DNA of 42,778 nucleotides from Octopus bimaculoides. Its lineage: Eukaryota. Numbering within the stretch: position 1 is the stretch's first letter; each line of letters starts with the position of its first letter. The notes beneath the pieces were generated by a model. It ran no database searches, was not told where the DNA came from, and saw nothing but the letters and a program-made list of their open reading frames with translations. The translations under genes and the position numbers were made by a program. The stretch spans positions 84,749,120 to 84,791,897 of the forward strand of contig NC_068983.1 in NCBI RefSeq assembly GCF_001194135.2. Direction: 5' to 3'. Shown here in pieces: positions 1 to 10,335 of the stretch.

Positions 1-30
1 TTCAAGGCCATGTGCCTTCAGTAGAAAGGA
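1..30 (+). mobile_element. 3' end of tRNA-derived SINE (family 1)
   Basis: TTCAAGGCCATGTGCCTTCAGTAGAAAGGATT resembles the 3' end of the copy at 2597-2808 (TTCAAGCCTTGTGCCTATAGTAGAAAGGATT) and runs into an (ATT)n tail. Confidence 0.65.
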
Positions 31-88
31 TTATTATTATTATTATTATTATTATCATTATTATCATTATTATTATTATTATTATTGT
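28..88. repeat. (ATT)n microsatellite; SINE tail and 3' flank of the R4/Dong element
   Basis: Imperfect ATT triplet run visible in sequence. Confidence 0.95.
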
Positions 89-199
89 CTTTGCACAGCC
101 TTTATCGTTGGAGATGTACTACGGTGCCAGCTGTTCACTACCAGTGAACTAAGGTAACACCTCTTATTTTTCGAGCGCCATCCGGAGTATTCGAGCGGT

Positions 200-616
200 T
201 CAAAGCAGTGCTGTTTTCTGCAAGTCCTCCACCCTGATTGCAGCCCCTATTTGTTCCATGCACTTCTGAAGATTTTTACTCACTGTTCCTAGGGCTCCGA
301 CAATTATTGGTACTTCTACCACCTTTTTCATCGACCACAACTGCTTGACCTTCCAAGCTAGCCTGTTATATCTATCGACTCTTCTGTCTTCCTTATCGCA
401 AACCTTGTCAGTTGGGCATGCTATATCTATGATCCAGCATCGTTTGCTTTTTTTCTCAATTAACACTATGTCTGGCTTCCTATTCTCTATCTCATGGTCG
501 CACTGAATCATAAAATCCCATAGGATATTTGCATTATCATTTTCGATGATGCCTTCAGGTTTATGTTCGTACCACTTTTTTGCTCTGTCAAGTCTACACT
601 GTTGCAAAGTCTCCAA
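200..616 (-). pseudogene. Restriction-like endonuclease (PD-(D/E)xK-type RLE) domain of the R4/Dong-clade ORF
   Basis: ILWDF-x-IQCD, RKPDIV, IIDIACP and PIIVGALG motifs typical of the R4/Dong C-terminus; separated from upstream segments by frame disruptions. Confidence 0.85.
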
Positions 617-892
617 TGGACAATTCTTGCTATATTATCATGACATCTCATATATTCTTTCTGGGCTAGTGGTAGCGCAGATTAGAGCCTCCGTTTCCGG
701 TTTTAAATCACTTTTAGTCATACATAGCCATCTTTTTTCTCTGTCTGTCTTATTTTCAACATCCCTATGAAAATGTTCATGGATTCTTTTCTTTATCCAC
801 CTATTTTCAGTTTCATTCATTCTCAAGTTCTTGTACAGTGCTTTATTTTTGCAATCATCCATCCTACACAAGCCCGACCTTCTTACTTTCAA

Positions 893-1414
893 TTATAGCG
901 GTTCTGTGGCATTTTTTACATACCATGCTATGTTGTTTTCTTCTACTTTAACGCTGTGTTCGCATCCAATCAGTCCTCTCCCGCCTAATTTTCTTGGGGC
1001 TGTATTGTCATCGTTTCTTCTGCTACTGTTTTCCAATAACTCTCTTTTGATAGCTTCGAGCTCTACTTCTGTGAACCAATGATTTTTTAATACTGCTCTA
1101 GCTTGATCACATAATCTCTGTTCTGTGAGTTGAAACAATCCTCTTTCTCTCCATTGATCATACATACGTTGTCGGTATCCCCTAAGATAAATACTATTTT
1201 CGTCTACGGGTTTGCTCAGGTAGTAACACTCCGTGACCACAGCATTGATTTGTTTGTTCCATCTACTCCGTGTGTGCTGGTTCCTTGCTGGATTACGACA
1301 GACTGGAGTTGGACTAGTATCTTTGAGCCTGTCGAGTGTAACACTGTTACCATCAAGCGCTTCAGTTTCATTACCGCCGTTATTCACAATATTTTGTTTT
1401 CCATTGCCACTCAT
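893..1414 (-). pseudogene. 173-aa open frame fusing the R4/Dong N-terminal region to the post-RT segment
   Basis: Provided ORF; junction near 1000-1002 (..ENSSRRNDDNT|APRKLGGRGL..). Confidence 0.75.
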
Positions 1415-1789
1415 ATGAGGTAGTGATTATCAGGTTGCGCAATTACCAATGTTTTTATTGTGACACCATCACTAGATGTATCATCAATCAGAGCCTAGTG
1501 AGATTCCAACCACTTCCTTTCAATATTATTATTATTATCATCACTGATATTATTATTTTCATGTTTTTACTACTATTTGTCATTGCTAGTGTTTCCTCTG
1601 ATCCGACAGGAGTTTTAGCTAAGTTATTATTATTATCATTATTAACTCAATCACCATTATTACCATCATTACCATCATCATTATTATTGGCAAATGCTTA
1701 CCTTCTTAATTTTTTGTTTTTTATCGTGCATTTAATTGTGTTGTTACAATAAAAGGCATGTTTACATATTCAAGTAGTCAAGGACAAAA

Positions 1790-2230
1790 GAAAGATAAAA
1801 TTTTCACACAAAACTGTAGATATTAAAGTTTCTAAATTTTTTTGTAATGTTCGTTTGTATGTCCGATGAGAGAATATTGTAGTGTTTTTGCAATAAAAAG
1901 GATGTATACATTTTCGAATACTCAGAGAGGAAGGAAAAGAAAGTAAAGGCGGGTAAAAATTTCACTGAAAATAGTTGATATTAAAGTTTTAAAATTTGCT
2001 AAAGACGATCTTTTGTATGTCCGCACAGAGAAAACTGTAGTGTTCTTAGAATAAGGAGGATGTTTAGATTTTCGAATACTCAGGGAGAATGGAAAGGATA
2101 GGTATTCACAGAAGTTGTATATACTAAAGTTTTTAAAGCTGATCGTTTGTGTGTTCGAAAACTGTAGATATATAAGTTTCTTAACTTATTTTGAGAGATA
2201 TTTAAAATACTCACAGGAAATAACAGATAT
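1790..2230. repeat. Degenerate tandem repeat, ~158-bp period, about 3 copies
   Basis: TTCGAATACTCAG at 1913 and 2071; GATATTAAAGTTT, TTTGTATGTCCG and TGTAGTGTT recur at similar spacing; the third copy is partial. Confidence 0.8.
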
Positions 2231-2350
2231 TCCAGTCTTTGAGACTTATTTTTCAATTTACATGCTGGGTTGTAATAGTATTTCTGTGTTTTCGGTTGCT
2301 CACTGGTCAGAGCAGCGAAAAACACGTCCAGCCGCTATCAAGGCTGGCGT

Positions 2351-2437
2351 TCTTCTTCTTCTTCTTCTTCTTCTTCTTCTTCTTCTTCTTCTTCTTCTTC
2401 TTCTTCTTCTTCTTCTTCTTCTTCTTCNNNNNNNNNN

Positions 2438-2485
<48 letters not shown>
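2351..2485. repeat. (CTT)n and (ATT)n microsatellites separated by a 10-N gap
   Basis: Visible in sequence. Confidence 0.97.
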
Positions 2486-2488
2486 CAA

Positions 2489-2566
2489 GAAGGCGGCGAG
2501 CTGGCAGAATCGTTAGCGTTCCGGGTGAAATGCTTAGCAGTATTTCGCCAGTCACCACGCTCTGAG
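2489..2566 (+). mobile_element. SINE family 1, head-only copy
   Basis: GAAGGCGGCGAGCTGGCAGAATCGTTAGC..CTCTGAGTT matches the 5' end of the adjacent full copy. Confidence 0.8.
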
Positions 2567-2596
2567 TTATTATCATTATGATTATTATTATTATTA

Positions 2597-2808
2597 AGAA
2601 GGCGGCGAGCTGGTAGAATCGTTTGCAATGCTGTGAAATGCTGAGTGGTATTTCGCTCGTTACTACGTTCTGAGTTCAAATTCCGCTGAGGTCGACTTTG
2701 CCTTTCATCGTTTCGGGTGGATAAATTAAGTACCAGTGAAACGCTGGGGTCGATGTAATCGACTAGCCCTCCCCCAAATTTCAAGCCTTGTGCCTATAGT
2801 AGAAAGGA
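2597..2808 (+). mobile_element. tRNA-derived SINE family 1, full length
   Basis: A-box-like TGGTAGAATCG, B-box GAGTTCAAATTCC, body GTCGACTTTGCCTTTCATCG..GATAAATTAAGTACCAG, (ATT)n tail; homologous copies occur throughout the window. Confidence 0.9.
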
Positions 2809-3239
2809 TTATTATTATTACTATTATAATTATTATTATTTGGAAGGAAAGGGCGCTTGTTCGTGGCCCGTAAGTTTTCTTGAAAATTTTTTGTTTTATT
2901 ATTTGGCATTCGAATTTGGACTGGATGGGGAAAAATTCGCCTTTTAGGGCGAATTTTTAGATTCAAAATTTGGCATTTAATATTTCAAAACAAAATATAA
3001 CAATATGGCTTCCCAAATNNNNNNNNNNGTCTAGAGACAAATCACAGACAACAACTACAAAAACAACGTCAACAACATCAAGGCATCAGGAGTGACGAGG
3101 AGGATAAAATTAAAAATAATCGAAGCAGAGAAACAAGAAATTCAAACATGAACTAATTCTCCAAAAGTGGGGAGACTTTCAGGGGCTGCTCGTGGAAATT
3201 CCGCAAAAATCAAGAGCATGCTGATCAAGCGGGTAAGTG

Positions 3240-5060
3240 CCCTCTATGTATCCTCCATCAATCTACAGCTAATACTCCAACAGACCTGTTCACTAGGATC
3301 ATCCTTCCCATTCTCTTTCAACTTCACTTTGTCCTTCAAATGAACGTTGATGAGGGCTTGAACAAAGAGGAAGATGTCTGTCTTCATCCCTTTTAGTCTT
3401 GTCCACCACACAACTACTTTTACTGAGGCCACCAGACAGGTAAACACTGCTTATATTTACCGGCCAAAGGAAGGCGGCGGAACGTTCTTCACAAAGGACT
3501 CAGGTAATAGCCGGATCTCTCCTACACCCGACAACAGGTGTTCGACATAACTCTATTAATCAGCAGAATTCAGGCACTGAACACGTGCCTAGAGAGCAAT
3601 TTAGTCACTCTATATGCATCTCGGTCAGGCACGACTGATAGCACTGGCTAATCTGTAGATTTTATCTCTAATTGACGATGCCCTTCGGTAGCACTGCCAT
3701 GCCAAAGGTTTCCGGAAGTAATGCATAGACCCCGGACAGAAAAGGCTTCGAAACAAACCAGCCGGTTGATTCTCGTTGACACCCAAGACTTCCCGAGAAA
3801 GTCATCGATTTTATCTATCATTAACCCTCTTTTGAATGTCAAAACAGGAACTTCAACTAATCGTATTGACCGACTGGCTGAAGGCTATGATCGCCTACTG
3901 TCACTTTAGGTATCAGGAATCCTGCCTCGGTCCATGCTCGATCCGGGACTGCAGCTCTGTCAAAAAGATGTGCTATAGAAAAGCACCTGCTCAATGTAAA
4001 GGAATCACTGGAGACATCGCAGTCTCAGCGCTTGTATGCGCATCACTACCCACGGCATGCCCTGTCCTACACTGACGGGTGTTGACAACAATTGGAGTGC
4101 CTGGCCTCTGAAATGCGTTCCTTTCACAGAAAGCAGAAGACCAGGTGCTCCAGTCATAATAGTCATGCGGTAGTATATGACAAAGGTGATGCTAGCGTTC
4201 ACCACCTCTGTCTGACCTTCTAGAGATAGGTTCTGATTGAGACTGAGCACTCTGCGCGTCACCTCGTCCTAGTTCTCCACTTAGAGCTCTGGACTAATTT
4301 AGGAACCAAGCAATTTAACTGTTCTGTTTGTTCAACGCCCCACGATACTGTTAGACAGCATGGCTCTGACTCTTCAGGTATCTAGTTGTAAGCCTTTGAT
4401 TTTTCTTGGTTGACTTTTGCTACTGTCACTGCCTCGTAGTGCCTTAGAGCAGTGCCGATAACCTCGATGTGCCAGATGTCCGATACTATGACGGTGATGG
4501 CATCTGCATATACCGACAAAGTTCTTACACATCCTAGTTTGGGTGGGATGCTGCTAAAACTCCATAGTTTCTAAAGAAGTAATCGAAGAGTTCGTACATA
4601 CAGAGGAAACAAGAGGAGACAACCTTGACGGACGGAGTGCACGATACTTAATGGTTCCGAGAGGTGACCATTCACTCTAACTACCAAATAGATGTGGCTA
4701 TATATAGCAGTAATCTAACCGTGGAAGACGGCACTAGAACATCCGCCATGTGTTATTGATCAACCCTATCGAAAGCTTTTGATTGATCTAAATTGATCAG
4801 TGTCCCACCCATATGTGGACGAGCGGTCGGGTGTGGGAGGGCAAGTACGCCTACGGTAACTGTCACACCTCTGACGGTTTCGGACGACTATGAATGATAG
4901 CGCGGACGAAATCGCCATTTACCTTATTGCCGCCGACTCGAAGCTTCACGGCTACCTCTGATTGCTGATGTTTTGTCTGTCTATGCCAGGCCACCGTTCT
5001 ACCGCAACCGACATAGCACTCTTCTCTCCGGGAAGCTCCCCGGCAGATCACCGGCGGTCA
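3240..5060 (-). pseudogene. Reverse transcriptase and C-terminal part of L1/Tx1-type ORF2 (stops and frameshifts)
   Basis: LDQSKAFDRVD, RQGC and degenerate YADD motifs in the correct order; homologous to 18540-19480. Confidence 0.85.
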
Positions 5061-5078
5061 TGATCTCTCATGCAAGCT

Positions 5079-5081
<3 letters not shown>

Positions 5082-5135
<54 letters not shown>
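5082..5135. repeat. (TG)n microsatellite inside the LINE
   Basis: Visible in sequence. Confidence 0.97.
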
Positions 5136-5139
<4 letters not shown>

Positions 5140-5159
5140 AAGTATACGTGTGTGTCTCT

Positions 5160-5860
5160 GTGTGTACCTACGAGGTCGACCGTACAAATCACAAATTTGT
5201 TGCCTGTGTAACCTAAGATTTTAAAATGCGGACAACCTATGCTCTTCTTATCTACTGGCCTAGATACGATTTAAATGACCCGAAGCGGTTTAGCCATGTC
5301 TACACAGACACATTCGGAAAATCCACTCGGTATATGACAGTTCGAATAGTTTAAGCAGGTTTGCGAGGTTTTTGAAATTTACTTTCCTATAAGCTATCTC
5401 CTACACAATCCGAACGAGCATCCTAGATGGTGTTACAGTCACCCCTTACCAGAAAAGAAAAGGAAATTCAATGAAAATCTGCAGATGCCTGAAAAAAATC
5501 CAGCTGTTCCACCCCTGTCGGAGAACATACAACTACTAATCTGAAAGCACTCCACTGTTCACATCCAGAAGTACTAACTTACTTTTTGGGTCCGAGATGA
5601 TGGTCCATGCCGTGGGATCTGGATCATTCCAAAACGATATAGCAGCTCCTCCTCCCAATGCTGGTCGACTTGGTGAGATCCTGTATCTACTGAAAACGAG
5701 CATGAAGTTTTGCAGATCGGACGTGGTCTTGCTGTTGGACACACCATCTATATCTAGTGACCTGAGTTCGTTGAATGGGTGACCCTGCTGCCAAGGTGAC
5801 CCTAGGCAACGTGTATTCACTCTGTTTATTCTGAATACGTCCACGATAGACAAGGAAAAG
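5160..5860 (-). pseudogene. APE-type endonuclease domain of L1/Tx1 ORF2
   Basis: VFRINRVNTRCL..WQQGH..LRSLDID..GGGAAISF..DPKSKLVLLDV, then RLVVVCSPTG and an SYL..GYT segment, matching the L1 APE layout. Confidence 0.75.
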
Positions 5861-5899
5861 AAAAGTGATAAGGACAGAAATCTTAGCGGCTATTTGTGG

Positions 5900-7075
5900 G
5901 TGCGTCTACAAGGAGTTATTTATGAAGTTAATTATATTCCCTCGGAAATTTCCCATTCCTTTAGAATAAACTTTTTTCAACTTGGCTTATTTTTAAAAAA
6001 ATTATTTTAGTATGAGTTGGAATGTTATGTTTTGGTGTGATGTAGTCATTATGCCTATTTCTGTGTTAATGTATGTTTCATTAAGCCCTTTGTTGTGTAT
6101 GTGGCAGTGTAGTTGATTATTTTTGGTTCATTGCTTTGAAGGTGCTTGATCGCATCGAGGGTGTTTGCTCGCTTTCAGGATGAGGAATGGGTTGTGTTTT
6201 TCATGATCAAGTCAGGAACGACAACCATTCCATCCCTGTGTCTAAATTTTTATTTTTCTTATCTGTGGACTTGCTGAATACTTGTTTTATTATTTTTTTA
6301 TACCATACATTACGGTCGTCACAAGCAAGGAGATATCTATTTCTGGGGTACATCAGCCATCACTATTTTTACTATTATCCGACAAAAGTTATGTTGGAAT
6401 CAGGAGCAGTTTGACACATTTTAATGTCTAATTTTCCAGCACTTCTTCGGTTTGAAACCTAGCTTAAACTGTAACAAAATGTTTTCCCCGAGCGACATAT
6501 ATTTTTATGCTCCAAATTAATTTAAGGAATATACAATCTGGTTTTCTATCGCTCGCTCTAGTAGTTTAGTTTTGAGTCCAGTATATGTGTATATAACTGT
6601 TTTTGTTTTTGTTACCTATTGAATTTGAATTTGTTGGTGTATAGATATATTGTTCAGCCATTTTTAGTGAGATGCGTTTTTGAATTTGTTAGTTCTCCTG
6701 ATAAAGAAATCCGCCTCTAGGTTTCTGCATGCATTTGTGAATATATTTCTACTTTACAAGTTTCAGTGTTTACCGTTTATATTGTATGGAACTCTGTGCT
6801 GATGGCAACAGTTGTATTTGTTTCACTGTTCTATTTATCTTGCTTGTCATTGATGTGTTTTTTCCTTGCTAGTATCGGTAGTGGTGTGAGGTGTGGTAGT
6901 AGAATTGCTTTCTTGTTTCTGATCATTTGTGCTATTTTTGGCGATGATGTTCTTGTGTTTTATGTCATTTCTGTCGTTATTCATATATTCTCTGTAAATA
7001 TTTCAGGTAGTAGTGATAATGCATCTTCATAATGGGTCCGCGAAGAATCACCTCCTCCCTCAATTTGAGGTTCCA
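5900..7075 (-). pseudogene. Probable ORF1 remnant of the same LINE
   Basis: Position directly upstream of the APE domain, same strand; degenerate reading KTVIYTYTGLKTKLLERAIENQI..PEIDISLLVT. Assignment is positional. Confidence 0.5.
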
Positions 7076-7438
7076 TATTGTATTTTTCAAATATGTATAT
7101 TTTGAATATGTACATTCAGATTTTTACATCATTTGAATGCAGCCTCATGAGAGTACTCTTTTCAACTATGTGTGCGTGTGTTTGTGTGTGCGTATGTGTG
7201 TGTGGATATATGTGTGTATATNNNNNNNNNNNNNNNNNNNNNNNNNNNNNNNNNNNNNNNNNNNNNNNNNNNNNNNNNNNNNNNNNNNNNNNNNNNNNNN
7301 NNNNNNNNNNNNNNNNNNNNNNNNNNNNNNNNNNNNNNNNNNNNNNNNNNNNNNNNNNNNNNNNNNNNNNNNNNNNNNNNNNNNNNNNNNNNNNNNNNNN
7401 NNNNNNNNNNNNNNNNNNNNNNNNNNNNNNNNNNNNNN

Positions 7439-8127
7439 TGATTCAAATCGATTCAAAATAAATCGATCGAAAATCAATTCTATTCAAAAATATAGCTAAA
7501 CGTCGGGTCAAAATACAATAATAATAATAATAAAATGAATGTATATATATCAACTAACAATAAATAACAAATGAATTTATATAAAAATACTTTTTTTACC
7601 AATAAATAAAAGAAAAACATTTAACAATATTACTGAAAATAAATGCAATACTTATCTTATCGAAGCTTTAGCTTAAACTAAAATTTTGAACGTTATACTA
7701 TTAACTTAGCGTTTATTAGAATTAAGTCGCGTGAAAATATGGCGTAAAGAAAAGTAATAGAATAAAGAGATATATACACATGAATGAAAGTTTTATTTAT
7801 AAAATCATGAATGAAATTTTTATATACAAAATCAAAATGTATAATAGCTTAAATCATAATAAAAAATTAACTGTATTATAAACATTTTCTGGAAATGTTA
7901 AAATCTAAGTAATTTTAGAGTCTAAAGAATTAAGACTAAAATACATAAATTATATAATATATATCAAAGAAGCTAAAATATTATAAATTAATATATTTAC
8001 ATTAGATAAATTAATTAATTAAATTATTTATATTATTTACTTTATAAAAATCATAATATCATTTGATTATTAATTTATAATATTCACTAAAAATATTTTC
8101 GTACTAATTAATACACAATTAATAAAC
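7439..8127. other. Extremely AT-rich (~15% GC), non-microsatellite island of unknown origin
   Basis: Sampled 60-nt lines hold 3-15 G/C; abrupt switch to LINE sequence at ~8128. Confidence 0.7.
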
Positions 8128-8335
8128 AAGGGAGTCTAGGGATGTGCCGAGTAATTGTTGATAAACAAAACTATTATGCCAGAGGTGCGGCTGCATAGAA
8201 GGAACTTGGTTTCAATCTACCTGGATTATAAGAAAGCATTTGACCCTTTGACCCTTTCCCCCATTCATAGATGCTAGAAGCCCTTCGATTTGCTAAGTTC
8301 CAGAGAGCTTGATCAAAGCCATAGATGATGAAAGA
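8128..8335 (+). mobile_element. R4/Dong-clade RT fragment
   Basis: Translates KGV*GCAE*LLINKTIMPEVRLHRRNLVSIYLDYKKAFD, the GC-x-x-QLLINK and DYKKAFD RT motifs. Confidence 0.85.
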
Positions 8336-8444
8336 ACTGTCGTATATATACATACATACATACATACATATATATACATACATACATACATACATGTATA
8401 TATATATATATATATANNNNNNNNNNTTTAAAAAAATCCTAGGG

Positions 8445-8530
8445 TTGATTTCTTCGTCTAAAACCCTTCAGGTCGGTGCTCTAGCATGGCCGCAGTCAAA
8501 TGGCTGAACCAAGTAAAAGAATAAAAGAAT
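8445..8530 (+). mobile_element. SINE family 2, 3' end
   Basis: GGTGCTCTAGCATGGCCGCAGTCAAATGGCTGAACCAAGTAAAAGAATAAAAG matches the reverse complement of ~39834-39885. Confidence 0.8.
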
Positions 8531-8623
8531 ATGTGCGCGCGTGAGTGTGTGTATACATACTTACGTACATACGTACATACATACGTGTGTGTGTGTGTGT
8601 GTGTATATACATTTCCTTGATTG

Positions 8624-8662
8624 TACTCTTCTGAAGATAGGGCTTTGCGCCTGAAATATATA
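8624..8662 (+). ncRNA. Damaged minimal type I hammerhead-like motif (Penelope-like terminus remnant)
   Basis: CUGAAGA (8631-8637), U, hairpin AGG(G)C/GCCU, GAAA (8653-8656), palindromic AUAUAU, AUA triplet. The 3' strand of helix I is absent. Confidence 0.5.
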
Positions 8663-8890
8663 ATTTTTATCAACTTTCATTGTTGCATTGTTAGAAGCTG
8701 TCCTATTTTCCCTTTTCGTTCATTATTCTCTTTCTGTACGACAATGCTTCAAGCAAATTACAACGCTGTTCTTTCATCTGTATGTTCTTTGCTGTTCTTA
8801 AATATTTAAATTCTTCCTTTGAACAAAGAGCTGCTTTCTAACCAAGATGCAAAGCTCCATCGTTGCAATGTAGATTAACGAAAACAGTGC

Positions 8891-9010
8891 ATGTATGTAT
8901 GTATGTATGTATGTATGTATGTATGTATGTATGTATGTATGTATGTGTGTGTGTATGTATGTATGTATGTATGTATGTGTGTATGTATGTATGTATGCAT
9001 GCATGTATGT
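8891..9010. repeat. (TATG)n microsatellite
   Basis: Visible in sequence. Confidence 0.95.
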
Positions 9011-10189
9011 ATAAACATATATTTATTAGGCGCTAAACTACCTTATCTTATGGCTGTTGACGCCGGTAATGAGACAGTTCTCTCAAGGAATTGCAACTGC
9101 CAGAAGACTTAGGAAGACAGCTGGCGAAGGCTACAGTTTCGTTTCCGTTCTTTTTGTCTTTTATGTTTTTTATGCTTGGTTCCACTTCATTACACATGCA
9201 CACGCACTTACGCACACACTCACACAAGCACACACACATACACACACACGTACGCACACACATACATACACGTATACACTGACGTACACGCACACACGTA
9301 AACACATGCGCACACATACACACACGCGTACACGCACACACATACAGACTCACATACACGCACGCACACACACACACACACATACACACAAATATGAAGC
9401 AACTAGTGTTAGTCTGTTTGCTTCCCTGTAACTTAGCATATCGTCAAAAAGAAGACGATAGAATGGCTGCCAGAATTAAATAAGTACAGGTTTCGCTTGA
9501 TCGATGAAATATTTCAAGNNNNNNNNNNNNNNNNNNNNNNNNNNNNNNNNNNNNNNNNNNNNNNNNNNNNNNNNNNNNNNNNNNNNNNNNNNNNNNNNNN
9601 NNNNNNNNNNNNNNNNNNNNNNNNNNNNNNNNNNNNNNNNNNNNNNNNNNNNNNNNNNNNNNNNNNNNNNNNNNNNNNNNNNNNNNNNNNNNNNNNNNNN
9701 NNNNNNNNNNNNNNNNNNNNNNNNNNNNNNNNNNNNNNNNNNNNNNNNNNNNNNNNNNNNNNNNNNNNNNNNNNNNNNNNNNNNNNNNNNNNNNNNNNNN
9801 NNNNNNNNNNNNNNNNNNNNNNNNNNNNNNNNNNNNNNNNNNNNNNNNNNNNNNNNNNNNNNNNNNNNNNNNNNNNNNNNNNNNNNNNNNNNNNNNNNNN
9901 NNNNNNNNNNNNNNNNNNNNNNNNNNNNNNNNNNNNNNNNNNNNNNNNNNNNNNNNNNNNNNNNNNNNNNNNNNNNNNNNNNNNNNNNNNNNNNNNNNNN
10001 NNNNNNNNNNNNNNNNNNNNNNNNNNNNNNNNNNNNNNNNNNNNNNNNNNNNNNNNNNNNNNNNNNNNNNNNNNNNNNNNNNNNNNNNNNNNNNNNNNNN
10101 NNNNNNNNNNNNNNNNNNNNNNNNNNNNNNNNNNNNNNNNNNNNNNNNNNNNNNNNNNNNNNNNNTATATATATATATACATATATATG

Positions 10190-10335
10190 TGTGTGTGTGT
10201 GTGTGTGTGTCTTTGTGTCTGTCTTTGTCCTCCCTACCATCACTTGATAACTGCTGTTTGTGTGTTTATGTCCCCGAAACTTCGCGGTTCGCCAAAAGAC
10301 TGATAGAATAAGTACTAGGCTTACAAAGAATAAGT
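10190..10335 (+). mobile_element. SINE family 2, 3' half
   Basis: GTGTTTATGTCCCCGAAACTTCGCGGTTCGCCAAAAGACTGATAGAATAAGTACTAGGCTT matches the reverse complement of ~39910-39990. Confidence 0.8.

Larger units (their letters stand above)
89..1510 (-). mobile_element. R4/Dong-clade non-LTR retrotransposon, internally deleted (no RT), flanked by TAA repeats
   Basis: Minus-strand translations give, in order: N-terminal RSRWNKQINAVVTECYYLS..GYRQRMYDQW..LTEQRLCDQARAV, post-RT PRKLGGRGLIGCE, KSDLKPETEALICA, then the restriction-like endonuclease WYEHKPEG..ILWDFMIQCD..RKPDIVLIEK..IIDIACP..VPIIVGALG. No RT motif lies between them. Confidence 0.88.
3030..7075 (-). mobile_element. L1/Tx1-clade LINE, near full length but decayed (ORF1-like region, APE endonuclease, RT)
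   Basis: Minus strand: RT motifs GGTLINLDQSKAFDRVD (~4770-4810), VRVNGHLSEP..SVRQGC (~4610-4680) and LSVYADAITVIVSD (~4480-4530); APE-like ORF 5536-5853 upstream; non-repetitive degenerate coding-like sequence 5900-7075 in the ORF1 position. Confidence 0.85.

Noticed and set aside
8115-8160. Resemblance to mitochondrial 16S rRNA (TAATAAACA..TGCCGAGT)
   Set aside because: The same bases read as the R4 RT motif GCAE*LLINK leading to DYKKAFD, and the conserved rRNA sequence expected next to it is missing.
9040-9145. Repeat-like segment with GAAACTGTAGC on the minus strand
   Set aside because: No CUGANGA core nearby and I cannot assign a family from sequence alone.
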